The position numbers and the translations under genes are program-made. DNA of 64,000 bases. Origin: Gammaproteobacteria bacterium. GTDB taxonomy: Bacteria > Pseudomonadota > Gammaproteobacteria > Eutrophobiales > Eutrophobiaceae. The DNA is taken from contig JAJFKL010000021.1 in assembly GCA_021773235.1 (NCBI GenBank), positions 132,651-196,650 on the forward strand, in the 5' to 3' direction. Below, one piece after another: positions 21,348 to 31,473 of the stretch. The stretch's first letter is position 1; each line of letters starts with the position of its first letter. The notes below the pieces were generated by a model. The model did no database searches and was not told the origin of the DNA. It saw only the letters and a program-made list of their open reading frames with translations.

Positions 21348-23381
21348 ATGATTTGGTCAACACTGATTAAACCCGCTGTGATTTTGCTAAAAAAGTTAAA
21401 TTTTTTTCAAAAATTTACCGTTATTAGCATAGTTTTTTTAATTCCTATACTTTATCTAAGCGCCAATATGGTTCTTGATCGCAGTCAGACTATAAAAAAT
21501 ATGCAACAAGAGCAATTGGGCTTGCAATATCTAGGGACATTGAGACCGCTAGCTGAACATATTGCCCAAACAAGAGGGATGACTAATGCCTATTTAAATG
21601 GAAATACTAGTCTTCTGGAAAAAATTGAACAAAAGAGAGAAGTCGTAAATAAAGAGCTAAGTATATTAGCTATGAAAGACAAAGAGTATGGTGTTTTATT
21701 CAAAACAGGTAATGCAGTAAATCAATTACAGCAAAACTGGGAACAATTATTGAATAACGCATTTACTAATGATGCTACTGTCGTATTTTCTAATTATACA
21801 AGCATTATCAATACTATTTTTGCCTTGAAATTAAAAGTTGCAGAAATATCAAAGTTATTACTTAACTCTGAACTGGATAGCTATTATCTGGTGGATTCGT
21901 TGGTAAAACGATTGCCAATTATTGCTGAAACCATAGGTAAAACCAGAGGTATAGGTGCTGGCATAGCAGCAAGTAAAACCATAGAAGATGATAAGCGCCT
22001 TAAGATTTCTATCTTTCTTGGTGATATCAACACTGCTAATAAAGAAATGTCACATGGTTATCAAATTGTTTTTGAAAATAATATTGCCCTGAAAAATAAA
22101 TTGGAAAATCAGCTAAGGGAAGCACAAAAAATAACTCGGGAGTTTACGACAACTACAGAACAAGAATTATTAAACGCTGATTTTATAAGCATAGAATCAG
22201 ATGCCTATTTCAAAAAAGGGACTGCTGCAATTAGCGCAAACCTTGATTTGTATGATTCTGTATTACCAATATTGAACAACATCCTCACTACTCGTATTGA
22301 TGCATTAAAACTTGATCTTGTCTTAGGTGTGATTAGTATTCTTTTTATACTTGTAACCGCGTCATATATGTTTATTGGCCTTTATACCTCAATCATGCAA
22401 ACCATAAACAGTATGGTGATTTCAGTAAATGAAATAGCTGATGGCGATCTAACTACTCGATTTGAAGACGATACTAAAGATGAATTAAACCTCATTCAGA
22501 AATGTCTTAATGACATGGCAGAAAAGTTTGAGAACCTTATATTACAGGTTGTAGGTACGACGAATCAGGTTGTATCTGATTCATCAAAGACCTCTACTGT
22601 CTCATCACAAACAGCAAACAACATAGATGACCAGAACAAACAAATAGAACAAGTTGCAACTGCAATTGAAGAAATGTCTGCTTCTGCCAATGAAGTGGCT
22701 CAAAATACATCTGCCGCTGCAGACGAAACCCGAAAAGCCAATGATGAAACTGTTAGTGGACAATCCGTTGTGAACGAGACAATCAAGACTATTACAACAT
22801 TGTCTGATGAAATGAATAATACGCGATCAGTAATATTAGACCTTGAATCTAATAGTGAAAATATTAGAACTGTGCTGGATGTGATTCGCAGCATTGCAGA
22901 TCAAACTAATTTATTAGCATTAAATGCGGCTATAGAAGCAGCACGGGCTGGTGAACACGGACGCGGTTTCGCAGTAGTAGCCGATGAGGTTCGTACTCTT
23001 TCAAAAAGAACCCAGGAGTCAACGGAAGAGATTCATCAAATCATTGAGAATCTACTAAGCGGTTCACAAAATGCAGTTAAAATTATAGAAAGCAATGTCG
23101 AACGAACAGAAAAAACTGTTGAACACGCTACTGACCTAGGTCGTGCGTTTGAGACAATTGTATCCGCCGTAGACAATATGAATAATATGAATATTCAGAT
23201 AGCAAGCGCTGCAGAAGAACAAACGGCCGTCGCTGAGGAAATAAATAGAAACGTTGTAAATATCAGTACGCTTGCTTCTGAAACATTGAGTGGTTCTAAA
23301 GAAACCTCTGAGGCAAGCTTGTCTATGAAAAACACAGCAGATAACTTACAAGTATTGGTTAAAGAGTTTAAAACAGCCTAA
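21348..23381 (+). CDS. methyl-accepting chemotaxis protein with NIT/PilJ-like periplasmic sensor, HAMP and signalling domains
   Basis: 677 aa with two TM segments. Sensor region has QTRGMTNAYLNG. The highly conserved hairpin is LLALNAAIEAARAGEHGRGFAVVADEVRTLSKRT. Confidence 0.9.
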   Translation: MIWSTLIKPAVILLKKLNFFQKFTVISIVFLIPILYLSANMVLDRSQTIKNMQQEQLGLQYLGTLRPLAEHIAQTRGMTNAYLNGNTSLLEKIEQKREVVNKELSILAMKDKEYGVLFKTGNAVNQLQQNWEQLLNNAFTNDATVVFSNYTSIINTIFALKLKVAEISKLLLNSELDSYYLVDSLVKRLPIIAETIGKTRGIGAGIAASKTIEDDKRLKISIFLGDINTANKEMSHGYQIVFENNIALKNKLENQLREAQKITREFTTTTEQELLNADFISIESDAYFKKGTAAISANLDLYDSVLPILNNILTTRIDALKLDLVLGVISILFILVTASYMFIGLYTSIMQTINSMVISVNEIADGDLTTRFEDDTKDELNLIQKCLNDMAEKFENLILQVVGTTNQVVSDSSKTSTVSSQTANNIDDQNKQIEQVATAIEEMSASANEVAQNTSAAADETRKANDETVSGQSVVNETIKTITTLSDEMNNTRSVILDLESNSENIRTVLDVIRSIADQTNLLALNAAIEAARAGEHGRGFAVVADEVRTLSKRTQESTEEIHQIIENLLSGSQNAVKIIESNVERTEKTVEHATDLGRAFETIVSAVDNMNNMNIQIASAAEEQTAVAEEINRNVVNISTLASETLSGSKETSEASLSMKNTADNLQVLVKEFKTA

Positions 23382-23478
23382 CAGTATATTTAACCAAGAC
23401 ATTAAACGCGTTTTAACTCTTTAATATTCTAGATGATGTTGTTTTATCAGCGACAACGGTCTCATAACGACTCGGACT

Positions 23479-23508
23479 AGCAATGCCATTCTCGAGAATG
23501 GCATTGCT
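23479..23508. repeat. 30-bp perfect palindrome (terminator-like hairpin or protein-binding site)
   Basis: AGCAATGCCATTCTCGAGAATGGCATTGCT is self-complementary over its whole length. It lies ~100 nt after the MCP stop, and only a weak T tract follows. Confidence 0.5.
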
Positions 23509-23646
23509 CTATTATCAACTTCATAAGGTTATACGAATATTTCTGTTGCACAATTAAATATATTACACATAGAATAAAATGAGAATTACTTCGGTCTTCA
23601 TATCAGTATGGAGTTCTATGTAACACATGCTCAGAACAATTAGAAA

Positions 23647-24102
23647 ATGATGCGTCGCATTTTTTTTATCTTTACACTGTCGCTTATATTTAGTGCCTGC
23701 TCGGATGAAAGTTCTACATCTACTCTAGAAAGCATCAATGGTTTGAAATATGAAATTAATCAAAAAGAACCATTCACAGGAAAATATTTTACTTATTTTA
23801 ATAATGGGAAAAAGCAAACAGAATCAAATTACACGGATGGTAAAGAAAATGGTCGCATAACATGGTGGCATGAGAATGGGCAGAAGGAATTAGAAGAGAA
23901 TTACAAGTTTGGAAAGAAAACAGGGCTTAGAACTGAGTGGTATGAGAATGGGCGAAAACAAAGTGAACAGAACTTTAAGCATGATAAAAGAGATGGACTT
24001 ATGATTACTTGGGATCTAGATGGCAATATCACAGGAGTAGAAACTTACAAAAATGATGTGTTGGCTAAAAAGGCTGGATTAAAATATGGCCTATATCAAT
24101 AA
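23647..24102 (+). CDS. MORN-variant repeat lipoprotein (YwqK-like family)
   Basis: Lipobox LIFSAC. Repeated xxGxxxGxxxxWxENGxK units (WWHENGQKELEENYKFGKKTG, EWYENGRKQSEQNFKHDKRDG). Confidence 0.7.
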   Translation: MMRRIFFIFTLSLIFSACSDESSTSTLESINGLKYEINQKEPFTGKYFTYFNNGKKQTESNYTDGKENGRITWWHENGQKELEENYKFGKKTGLRTEWYENGRKQSEQNFKHDKRDGLMITWDLDGNITGVETYKNDVLAKKAGLKYGLYQ

Positions 24103-24109
24103 AACTACT

Positions 24110-24385
24110 TTAGTCTTTAATATCAATATTGAGTCTCTTATCCAGTTTTTCATCAACCAAATTAGCTTGCTCAGCTTTGCGGACACCCATATGTAAAACA
24201 CCACCGCAAAAACTGACAACTTGATCACTATTAAGGAAGTTTTCCTCGTCTATTTTTGTAGCTTCTCGTGCAGCTTTAAAATCAATCAGGTAATCTGCTT
24301 CACTATCAGGAAGATCAACGACATCACCCTTTCGTATCTTCACTCCAGTTTCCACAAAAAAACCTCTCAACGCGATAACTTTCAT
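24110..24385 (-). CDS. hypothetical protein (91 aa)
   Basis: ORF only. Confidence 0.4.
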   Translation of the reverse strand: MKVIALRGFFVETGVKIRKGDVVDLPDSEADYLIDFKAAREATKIDEENFLNSDQVVSFCGGVLHMGVRKAEQANLVDEKLDKRLNIDIKD

Positions 24386-24489
24386 TTCATAAACTCCGAA
24401 ATAAACTGTTTCTACTAATATATATCATAGGAATATATCACAAAATATTTAAGGCTGAAAAATGAAATAATTCAACATGTGACTTATCC

Positions 24490-24918
24490 TTATAAGCTAA
24501 TAAAAAACCAATAATCAACTGTACGCCTTAACGAATAGAACCTTGGTGGCCCATTTTCATCACAAATCAGATAAATTTTGACAGCAATATCTATCTCTGG
24601 GTTCCCGACAACATGGTCAACATGCAATGATTCACCACCATTTTTAAGGCAACTAGTGGCTATTTTTTCTTGCAATTCAGCCCTATGGTTTCGGATATTA
24701 TTTATCTCTGGTGCATTACTGCATAGCCGAATCCCGTCACAATGACTGGAAATCCACTGTTCTATATCGCCTACAGCGAGCAATTTTAGTCCTTCCAGCA
24801 GTGAATAATAAACCGTTCCCTTTTTAGGTTTTATCAATCTTTGATCAGCGGTCAGCGCTACTGGGCTTAAAATTAATGCCGCACACAATACAAAAATAAT
24901 TTGACGACGCATTACCAT
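24490..24918 (-). CDS. hypothetical secreted protein (142 aa)
   Basis: N-terminal signal-like segment IIFVLCAALILSPVALTA; no recognised domain. Confidence 0.5.
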   Translation of the reverse strand: MVMRRQIIFVLCAALILSPVALTADQRLIKPKKGTVYYSLLEGLKLLAVGDIEQWISSHCDGIRLCSNAPEINNIRNHRAELQEKIATSCLKNGGESLHVDHVVGNPEIDIAVKIYLICDENGPPRFYSLRRTVDYWFFISL

Positions 24919-24948
24919 ATATAAAATCCAGCATAATGCGTGCCATTT

Positions 24949-26178
24949 TTATGCTAGCAGGGACTTAATCTGTATCTCATTATGTAGCGTTTTATGCACT
25001 GGGCACATATCTGCAATTTCAAGAAGGCGCTGACGCTCTGCATCGGTAAGATTCCCTTCCAACTTAATAGTCTTTTCTATCTTATCTACTAAGCCGGTTT
25101 TGGAATCACAGTCAGAACAGTCTTCGGCATGAATATGATCATGCTTCAAGGTGACTTCAATACTATCTAAACTCAATTTCTTTCTAGTGGCATACATTCG
25201 CATTGTCATTGATGTGCATGCTCCAAGTGCAGCCAATAATAGTTCGTAAGGGTTTGGACCCAAGTTAGATCCATTAGCGGACAGCGGTTCATCAGCGATT
25301 AACTGATGATTTTCAGTATAGATCTTGCGTGTGAAATTTTTATTCTGTTCAGTAATCAGAACATGTCCACTTTCAATATTTGGCGCAGTACCGGAAGCGG
25401 CCTCGTGTTTGGCATCAGATATATCAAGATAACGCGCTGCCCAACTTGAAATTACGCTTGCGACATATTCTGAATCTTCGCGTCTTGATAATAAGTGATC
25501 AGCCTTATCAAGAGATATAAAACTTTTAGGGTGTTTTGCCGCAGAATATATTTTTGCTGCCTCATCAATAGAGACAGTCTCGTCTATTGGGGAATGTAAA
25601 ACCAATAAAGCTTTGTTTAATTGGCTTATATGCTCAACATCATTATAGTTATTAATATCTTCAACAAATTGTTTTTTTATCGTAAATTTTCTTCCCGCTA
25701 AATCAACCAGCGCCTCGTCATTATTTACTATTTCTTCTTTGGCATGAGAAAACAAATGTTCGACATGATGTCCTGTTGAAGGCGCACCTATTGTAACAAC
25801 TGCTTTTAAAGAAGGTATTTCATGAGCAGCAGCCAATACCGCAGCGCCACCCAAACTATGGCCAATAATCATGGCCGGTGCCGCATAATTTTCTTTTAGG
25901 TGGTTCGCTGCTTGAATCAGGTCACTGATATTCGATGAAAAATTCGTATTAGCAAAATCGCCATCACTATTTCCCAAGCCTGTAAAATCAAATCGTAATA
26001 CGGCAATCCCTTTATTTGCTAATGCCCTTGTGATTCTGGATGCCGCGGCAATATCTTTCGAGCAAGTAAAACAATGTGCAAAAAGTGCATACGCCTTGGT
26101 TTCCGAATCAGGTGTTTCTAATAAACCGGATAGAGACTCACCTTGTGAATTTTTAAAACTGGCTTTTAATCTAGCCAT
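24949..26178 (-). CDS. bifunctional alpha/beta hydrolase / OsmC-family protein
   Basis: N-terminal hydrolase half with GHSLGG nucleophile elbow and [12 protein letters not shown]-terminal half [24 protein letters not shown] is the OsmC/Ohr pattern. Confidence 0.85.
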   Translation of the reverse strand: MARLKASFKNSQGESLSGLLETPDSETKAYALFAHCFTCSKDIAAASRITRALANKGIAVLRFDFTGLGNSDGDFANTNFSSNISDLIQAANHLKENYAAPAMIIGHSLGGAAVLAAAHEIPSLKAVVTIGAPSTGHHVEHLFSHAKEEIVNNDEALVDLAGRKFTIKKQFVEDINNYNDVEHISQLNKALLVLHSPIDETVSIDEAAKIYSAAKHPKSFISLDKADHLLSRREDSEYVASVISSWAARYLDISDAKHEAASGTAPNIESGHVLITEQNKNFTRKIYTENHQLIADEPLSANGSNLGPNPYELLLAALGACTSMTMRMYATRKKLSLDSIEVTLKHDHIHAEDCSDCDSKTGLVDKIEKTIKLEGNLTDAERQRLLEIADMCPVHKTLHNEIQIKSLLA

Positions 26179-26358
26179 AACAAGCTCCTATTTAATTTAA
26201 ATAGTGTATAAAAAAACAGATAATAAACACACATCCTATTAAAGATTCTACAACTACAAATATAGTTACAAACGCCTGAATATTCAGAACTTCAATGCTC
26301 GTTATCACTCTAAAAATCGACTATAGTATAGTCAGTTGGCTGTATTTCGATACCGAAC

Positions 26359-26877
26359 ATGGAGATAGAATTAATGAGTACAAATAGAATCATAATCCTG
26401 CCATTCCTGTTGATATCCTTGATTTTATTGGGTGCGTGCGAACAACAGAGCGAAACCAGCCAAACCAATCCAGACAGGGTCTCTTACGATGCTAATGTAC
26501 ACGATAAGGATTTCGGAAAGCACATAATTCATATCAATGCCCTGACAACAGATCAGCTACCAACCGAAGTAGCTCTTGGATACAAGATTTCCCGCAGTAA
26601 GAACCGAGCTATGCTAAATGTCTCAGTCCGTGAAAAACAAGGAGATACAGAAACACCCGTTACGGCTACAGTTGATGTCATTGCTAAAAACCTGAGTAGT
26701 CAGCTAAAAAATATTAAATTAAGAGAAATCAAGGAAACTGATCCTGTTGCAATTTACTATATTGGTGAACTTCCGGTGGGCAATGAAGAAACTATCGTTT
26801 TTGACATCGATGTGACACCTGCTGGTGCAAGCAAGCCTATTTTAGTTTCTTACAGACATAAATTCTTTACACATTAA
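26359..26877 (+). CDS. periplasmic protein, DUF4426-like
   Basis: Signal peptide/lipobox (LLGAC). INALTTDQLPTEVALGYKISRSKNRAMLNVSV and AIYYIGELPVGNEETIVFDIDV resemble my recollection of DUF4426. Confidence 0.5.
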   Translation: MEIELMSTNRIIILPFLLISLILLGACEQQSETSQTNPDRVSYDANVHDKDFGKHIIHINALTTDQLPTEVALGYKISRSKNRAMLNVSVREKQGDTETPVTATVDVIAKNLSSQLKNIKLREIKETDPVAIYYIGELPVGNEETIVFDIDVTPAGASKPILVSYRHKFFTH

Positions 26878-26887
26878 TTAATACTAA

Positions 26888-28432
26888 TTAGTTTTTATTT
26901 TTCCGCTTTGCTTTAACTCGGTTTACCGCCGCGGCTATATCATCCTGTTTCTTCTTTAGTGCTGATTCATTGTTGGTATATTCTTCGGCAATCATTGAGT
27001 GTTTAATTTTCTTATCCAGCTTCCGCTGTTCTGTTCGTTTCTGCTTTCTGAGATAGCGTTGTTTGTTTTGATCTGCTTCCAATTCACTTCGCCGATTATC
27101 CCACATACGGTTTTTTGATTTTCGATATTCATCTACCAAGGGAATATGACTCGGGCAAACATATGAACAGCAACCGCACTCGATACAATCAAACAAGTGA
27201 TAATCCAGTAATCGTTCAGTATTAAATTCTTTACTATGCCAATGCAATTGTTGCGGTTGCAGCTTTACAGGGCATACCGGAGCGCATTCATCACAGCGGA
27301 TACAGGGTGATTCTTCAATTTCTGAATTGTTAAGTTTTGAGTCAACGGCTAATAAACAGTTCGTGGTTTTAATAACAGGTACAGCGTCATCAAATAATCG
27401 AAAACCCATCATCGGGCCGCCCATAATCAAGTATTCGTATTGCTCGTTATAGCCACCACATTGTTCAATGACTTCATTCATGGGCGTACCAAGCAAAACC
27501 TCAAGGTTACAAGCTTGATTTATTCCGGGGCCCGTTACTGTAACAATGCGACTGATCAGCGGCTCGTCATCAATAATCGCTTTTTTAACTGCAACGGCAG
27601 TGCCTACATTATAACAAACAACACCGACATCAACGGGTAAGCCTTCGGCAGCCACTTCAATACCCGTTATTGATTTAATAAGTTGTTTTTCGCCACCGGC
27701 TGGATAGAGACTTGATACTAACCTTAACTTAATATCGATATTTGCATTACTATCCAATGATTTTTGCAATGCATTTATCGCTTCAGTTTTATTGTCTTCA
27801 ATAGCGATAACACATTCGTCTACTTGCAATGCATGCGCGAGGATTTCTATACCAGTAATGACCTCTTTTGCATAAGATCGAATCAATGTCTCGTCACAAC
27901 TAATATAGGGTTCACATTCAGCTGCATTTAAAATCAGCAATTCAATATCCAGATTAAAACCGGGAATAATCTTCACTGCAGAGGGAAACCCTGCACCACC
28001 TAAACCAACAACCCCTGCCTCAAGTATTTTTTGCTGAATCTTAACCGGGCTCAAACTATAAAAGTCGGCGATCGGTGTTCTATTCTCAATCCATTTATCT
28101 TCACCATCTGCTTCAATCACAATACAGGGCGACTTTGCTCCAGATGGGTTTGGTAGAAGGTGCTCAGCTATTTCTTTAATGATACCCGAGGTACTGGCAT
28201 GGACTGGTGCACTAATAGAGCCTTGCTCTTTTGCAATTACCTGACCTTTTAAAACCTGCTCTCCAACTTTAATAATAGGTAATGCAGGTAAGCCGATGTG
28301 CTGGCGTAAGGGAATTATAATTAAATCTGGTAATTTTGCTTTTGTTAGCGGCTGCTCCAGAGACATCGCCTTATTTGGTGATAATTGTATACCGCCACCA
28401 AATGGAATTGGTTTCTCTAAAACAGTAATCAT
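26888..28432 (-). CDS. rnfC: RnfC/RsxC-type electron transport complex subunit homologue (solitary)
   Basis: FGGGIQLSPNK...IIPLRQHIGLPALPIIKVGEQVLKGQVIA...SAPVHASTSG, NADH/FMN-binding GLGGAGFP, and two ferredoxin motifs CIRCDECAPVCP and CIECGCCSYVCP. No other rnf genes in the window. Confidence 0.85.
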   Translation of the reverse strand: MITVLEKPIPFGGGIQLSPNKAMSLEQPLTKAKLPDLIIIPLRQHIGLPALPIIKVGEQVLKGQVIAKEQGSISAPVHASTSGIIKEIAEHLLPNPSGAKSPCIVIEADGEDKWIENRTPIADFYSLSPVKIQQKILEAGVVGLGGAGFPSAVKIIPGFNLDIELLILNAAECEPYISCDETLIRSYAKEVITGIEILAHALQVDECVIAIEDNKTEAINALQKSLDSNANIDIKLRLVSSLYPAGGEKQLIKSITGIEVAAEGLPVDVGVVCYNVGTAVAVKKAIIDDEPLISRIVTVTGPGINQACNLEVLLGTPMNEVIEQCGGYNEQYEYLIMGGPMMGFRLFDDAVPVIKTTNCLLAVDSKLNNSEIEESPCIRCDECAPVCPVKLQPQQLHWHSKEFNTERLLDYHLFDCIECGCCSYVCPSHIPLVDEYRKSKNRMWDNRRSELEADQNKQRYLRKQKRTEQRKLDKKIKHSMIAEEYTNNESALKKKQDDIAAAVNRVKAKRKNKN

Positions 28433-28595
28433 CCTGCTATGGCTTCCCGCAAATATAGCTTAATTGAGTGTAAATTATAACATAGCATTTCGATTGAAAT
28501 TCGCATGCATCATTTAATCTAACATATCCATTATCCGATTTAGGTATTACAATCACAGACAGTCCATAACACTTGGATAACAAATATTATTTATC

Positions 28596-29543
28596 ATGCT
28601 CACACTTGAAAACGATAAACGTGTAAAAGGCGAACTGGAAACCATCTGGGAAATACTCACTGATGTAAAGTGTTTTGCTGATGCAGGACCGGACATTATC
28701 CGTGTTGAAGTATTATCAGGTGAAGGTCTAGGTATGATAAGACGCATTCACCATAGAATCAGTGGTTCATGGGAAGAAGAATGTATCGAATGGGAACCAC
28801 ACTCTCATTTCACTATGCAAGTGAGTGGAGATAACTATCTATTACCAGTAACTTATCTACGCCGCACAACCAGCATGGTGCAAAAACAAAAAAATGTTGT
28901 AATCAAGGTTGAGTATGAATACACACCAAAGTATGGTCCATTGGGTTTCTTCCTGAATAAACACCAAATCATCCCTATTCTTAATTTATTCTCTACGCAA
29001 TTAATTGATAATCTGGCTAAGATAATTCAGCAACAAAATTTAGATATTTCTATATCGGCTGCAACAATATTAAAATGTAAAAGCACAGAAATTCATACAA
29101 TAACACCGGAGGCTTTAATCTCTAAAGCGTGCAAGATCTTGACAGAAAACAGAATCGGCAGTCTTATTGTGCTTGATTCAGAGGGAAAAATTGCAGGTAT
29201 TCTATCTGAACGTGACATCGTCAATGGTATTTCCACAACAGGACAACCTATACTAAATAAACCCACCAAGGATTTCATGACATGCAATGTTATTGTTAGT
29301 CATCCAGACGACAGTCTCGCAACATTAATGGCCGTTATGAGTTCAAAACGTATACGTCATTTACCTGTGGTTGATGATGATAAACACTTACTCGGTGTAA
29401 TCAGTATTGGTGATATTGTAAATGCACGCATGACTGAACTTGAACAAGAGTCAGCCGCCATGCATCAATACATTGAAGGTCGAAAATGGCGAGAAGTTGC
29501 AATGCAAATTGGTCGGGCTGCTGCATCCGAAGAATTTGGTTAA
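28596..29543 (+). CDS. SRPBCC-domain plus CBS-pair protein
   Basis: C-terminal tandem CBS motifs (RIGSLIVLDSEGKIAGILSERDIV; IRHLPVVDDDKHLLGVISIGDIV). The N-terminal ~140 aa are SRPBCC/polyketide-cyclase-like. Confidence 0.7.
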   Translation: MLTLENDKRVKGELETIWEILTDVKCFADAGPDIIRVEVLSGEGLGMIRRIHHRISGSWEEECIEWEPHSHFTMQVSGDNYLLPVTYLRRTTSMVQKQKNVVIKVEYEYTPKYGPLGFFLNKHQIIPILNLFSTQLIDNLAKIIQQQNLDISISAATILKCKSTEIHTITPEALISKACKILTENRIGSLIVLDSEGKIAGILSERDIVNGISTTGQPILNKPTKDFMTCNVIVSHPDDSLATLMAVMSSKRIRHLPVVDDDKHLLGVISIGDIVNARMTELEQESAAMHQYIEGRKWREVAMQIGRAAASEEFG

Positions 29544-29546
29544 TTT

Positions 29547-29849
29547 CTAAACATACCAGACACCGTTACTTACCATACAGTCGATTGAATCCAGTGCCAT
29601 ATGGATGATCAACCCGATTCCAACGTAACGTAGTGGTTTGAAAAAACAAATTACGCCATAAATAATTATTGGTATAAATTCATGTAATGGATGGAAACCA
29701 ATACTACATCGAAGGGGATCGTAGATTGGATTCGCTAATAAATGGTCAATATCAACGATCATCGTTGCGATCATAAAGCAATAGGCAACTTTCCATTTTT
29801 CTTTAAAGAATAGTAGTGCTGGCACCAACGGTACCAGTAAATGAAGCAA
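29547..29849 (-). CDS. small integral membrane protein (100 aa)
   Basis: Three hydrophobic helices with conserved-looking DIDH and HxxLD motifs; possibly DUF6122-like (recollection only). Confidence 0.45.
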   Translation of the reverse strand: MLHLLVPLVPALLFFKEKWKVAYCFMIATMIVDIDHLLANPIYDPLRCSIGFHPLHEFIPIIIYGVICFFKPLRYVGIGLIIHMALDSIDCMVSNGVWYV

Positions 29850-29880
29850 TAGATGAAGGATGTTGTTTCTCGTTCTTTAC

Positions 29881-30444
29881 TTAAGGTAACTCGGTCATAA
29901 CTTGTTGTAATGATTTCCGTATGGTTTTTGGCATCTCAGCTGGATAGCCATACCAAATTAGTCCAACAACTTTTTCCAGTTCTTTATTAACCCAGACTGA
30001 ATCATAAAATCGATCTTCACGAGTCACAGGACCTGTCGACCATTTTGTGCCTATGCCTTTATCCCATAGACAAAGCATCAGGTTTTGAATAACACAGCAG
30101 CAGGCTGCATAGTCTTCTTGAAAGAGTAATTCGTCACTTGATTTTTGACAGGTCACAAGTAACCAACCCGGTATCTCCTTCCAACGTTTATACTTCCTTT
30201 CCGCCGCCTCAATTCCCTTAGTTTCAATTAGCGTTTCCTTATTTAGCTCACAAATACTGTTTATAGTTTCTTGTCCTAATGAATAAAAATGCCATGGTTC
30301 CGAAAGGTGATGATTTGGCGCCCAACAGGCTGTCGCTATCGCATCATTGATAACCGAAGTATCTGGAATCGGTTCAGGAATGAAATCGTGGATCGTCCGA
30401 CGAGATTTAATTATCTCTTCCAGATCCATCTTTTTATCTGTCAT
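29881..30444 (-). CDS. nitroreductase family protein
   Basis: RRTIHDFIPEPIP...AIATACWAPNHHLSEPWHFY is the classic nitroreductase N-terminal pattern. Confidence 0.8.
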   Translation of the reverse strand: MTDKKMDLEEIIKSRRTIHDFIPEPIPDTSVINDAIATACWAPNHHLSEPWHFYSLGQETINSICELNKETLIETKGIEAAERKYKRWKEIPGWLLVTCQKSSDELLFQEDYAACCCVIQNLMLCLWDKGIGTKWSTGPVTREDRFYDSVWVNKELEKVVGLIWYGYPAEMPKTIRKSLQQVMTELP

Positions 30445-30618
30445 ATAAACCTCAGTTTTTACGTTAGAATCATAAATGATAAGCCATTAATTATGATAGA
30501 CTATCTTAATCAACATGTTAGCAATAATTAATTTTACAAATAATAGTAATTGATTCAAAATTAACACACAAATTTGATAAATTACTAAAACCACTCGATT
30601 TAATTACTGGAGAAGATT

Positions 30619-31131
30619 ATGAAAATACAAACAGCAAGTCTACTCGCAACCGCAGCATTATTGCTATCAACTAACGCCTTTGCCGGACATGCAACACTGG
30701 AAGATTGTCTGAAAGCTGTACAATCAGTTAAGAAAGGTGTGATAGAACGCGCCGAATACCATAGCTTTTCTCAGGAAGGAAGGCCTGCTTATGAAATAGA
30801 AATAATTGATAAGAATGGTAATGAATGGGAGTTGGAATGTAATACACGCGGCGACATCGTCGAAATTGAGCGTGAAGTTAAAGATGCATCGGATCCACTG
30901 TTTAAGAAGAGAGCCAAGGTATCAGAAGCAGATGCAAAAGCAACCGCAATGGAGATGTATCCAGGAGTAAATGAGAAAACTGAATACGAAATTGAGTTTG
31001 ATGGCAGCCCATCATATGAATTCAATATAGAAGACAAGGATGGAACTGAATTCAATGTCGAAGTCAGTGCTGTCACTGGCGAAATCATAGAAGTATCGAC
31101 CGAAGGTTGGGAAATTGGTATCGAAGAATAA
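30619..31131 (+). CDS. PepSY-domain secreted protein (two PepSY repeats)
   Basis: Signal peptide. Two repeats ending ...YEIEIIDKNGNEWELECNTRGDIVEIE and ...YEFNIEDKDGTEFNVEVSAVTGEIIEV. Confidence 0.75.
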   Translation: MKIQTASLLATAALLLSTNAFAGHATLEDCLKAVQSVKKGVIERAEYHSFSQEGRPAYEIEIIDKNGNEWELECNTRGDIVEIEREVKDASDPLFKKRAKVSEADAKATAMEMYPGVNEKTEYEIEFDGSPSYEFNIEDKDGTEFNVEVSAVTGEIIEVSTEGWEIGIEE

Positions 31132-31156
31132 TATTTAAAATATCACTTCAGATAAC

Positions 31157-31194
31157 AAGCCCGTATTGTTCAGCAGTACGGGCTTATTTTTTTC
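31157..31194 (+). terminator. Rho-independent terminator
   Basis: AAGCCCGTA / TACGGGCTT 9-bp stem with an 11-nt loop, followed by ATTTTTTTC. Confidence 0.75.
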
Positions 31195-31473
31195 TTATCT
31201 GCTCGATCTTTTTTAATAAATAACTAACTCTCATTAATCGAGAAACAAACATTTCTACTATCTTCATCTGGACATAACACGTTTTTCACTGGTATTTGAC
31301 GAATCTCATCATAATTGTCCAGATCATTGAAAATATTTTTTATATTAAATTTTAGATAGTTAGTGATTATTGTCTATTAACAATTAAATATCACAGTTAT
31401 TTTTCTCGTCTTAATCGACAGATGTCTATGCTTTGTCTACTCTTGTCTCAAACAATTACGAGAATGACAAATC

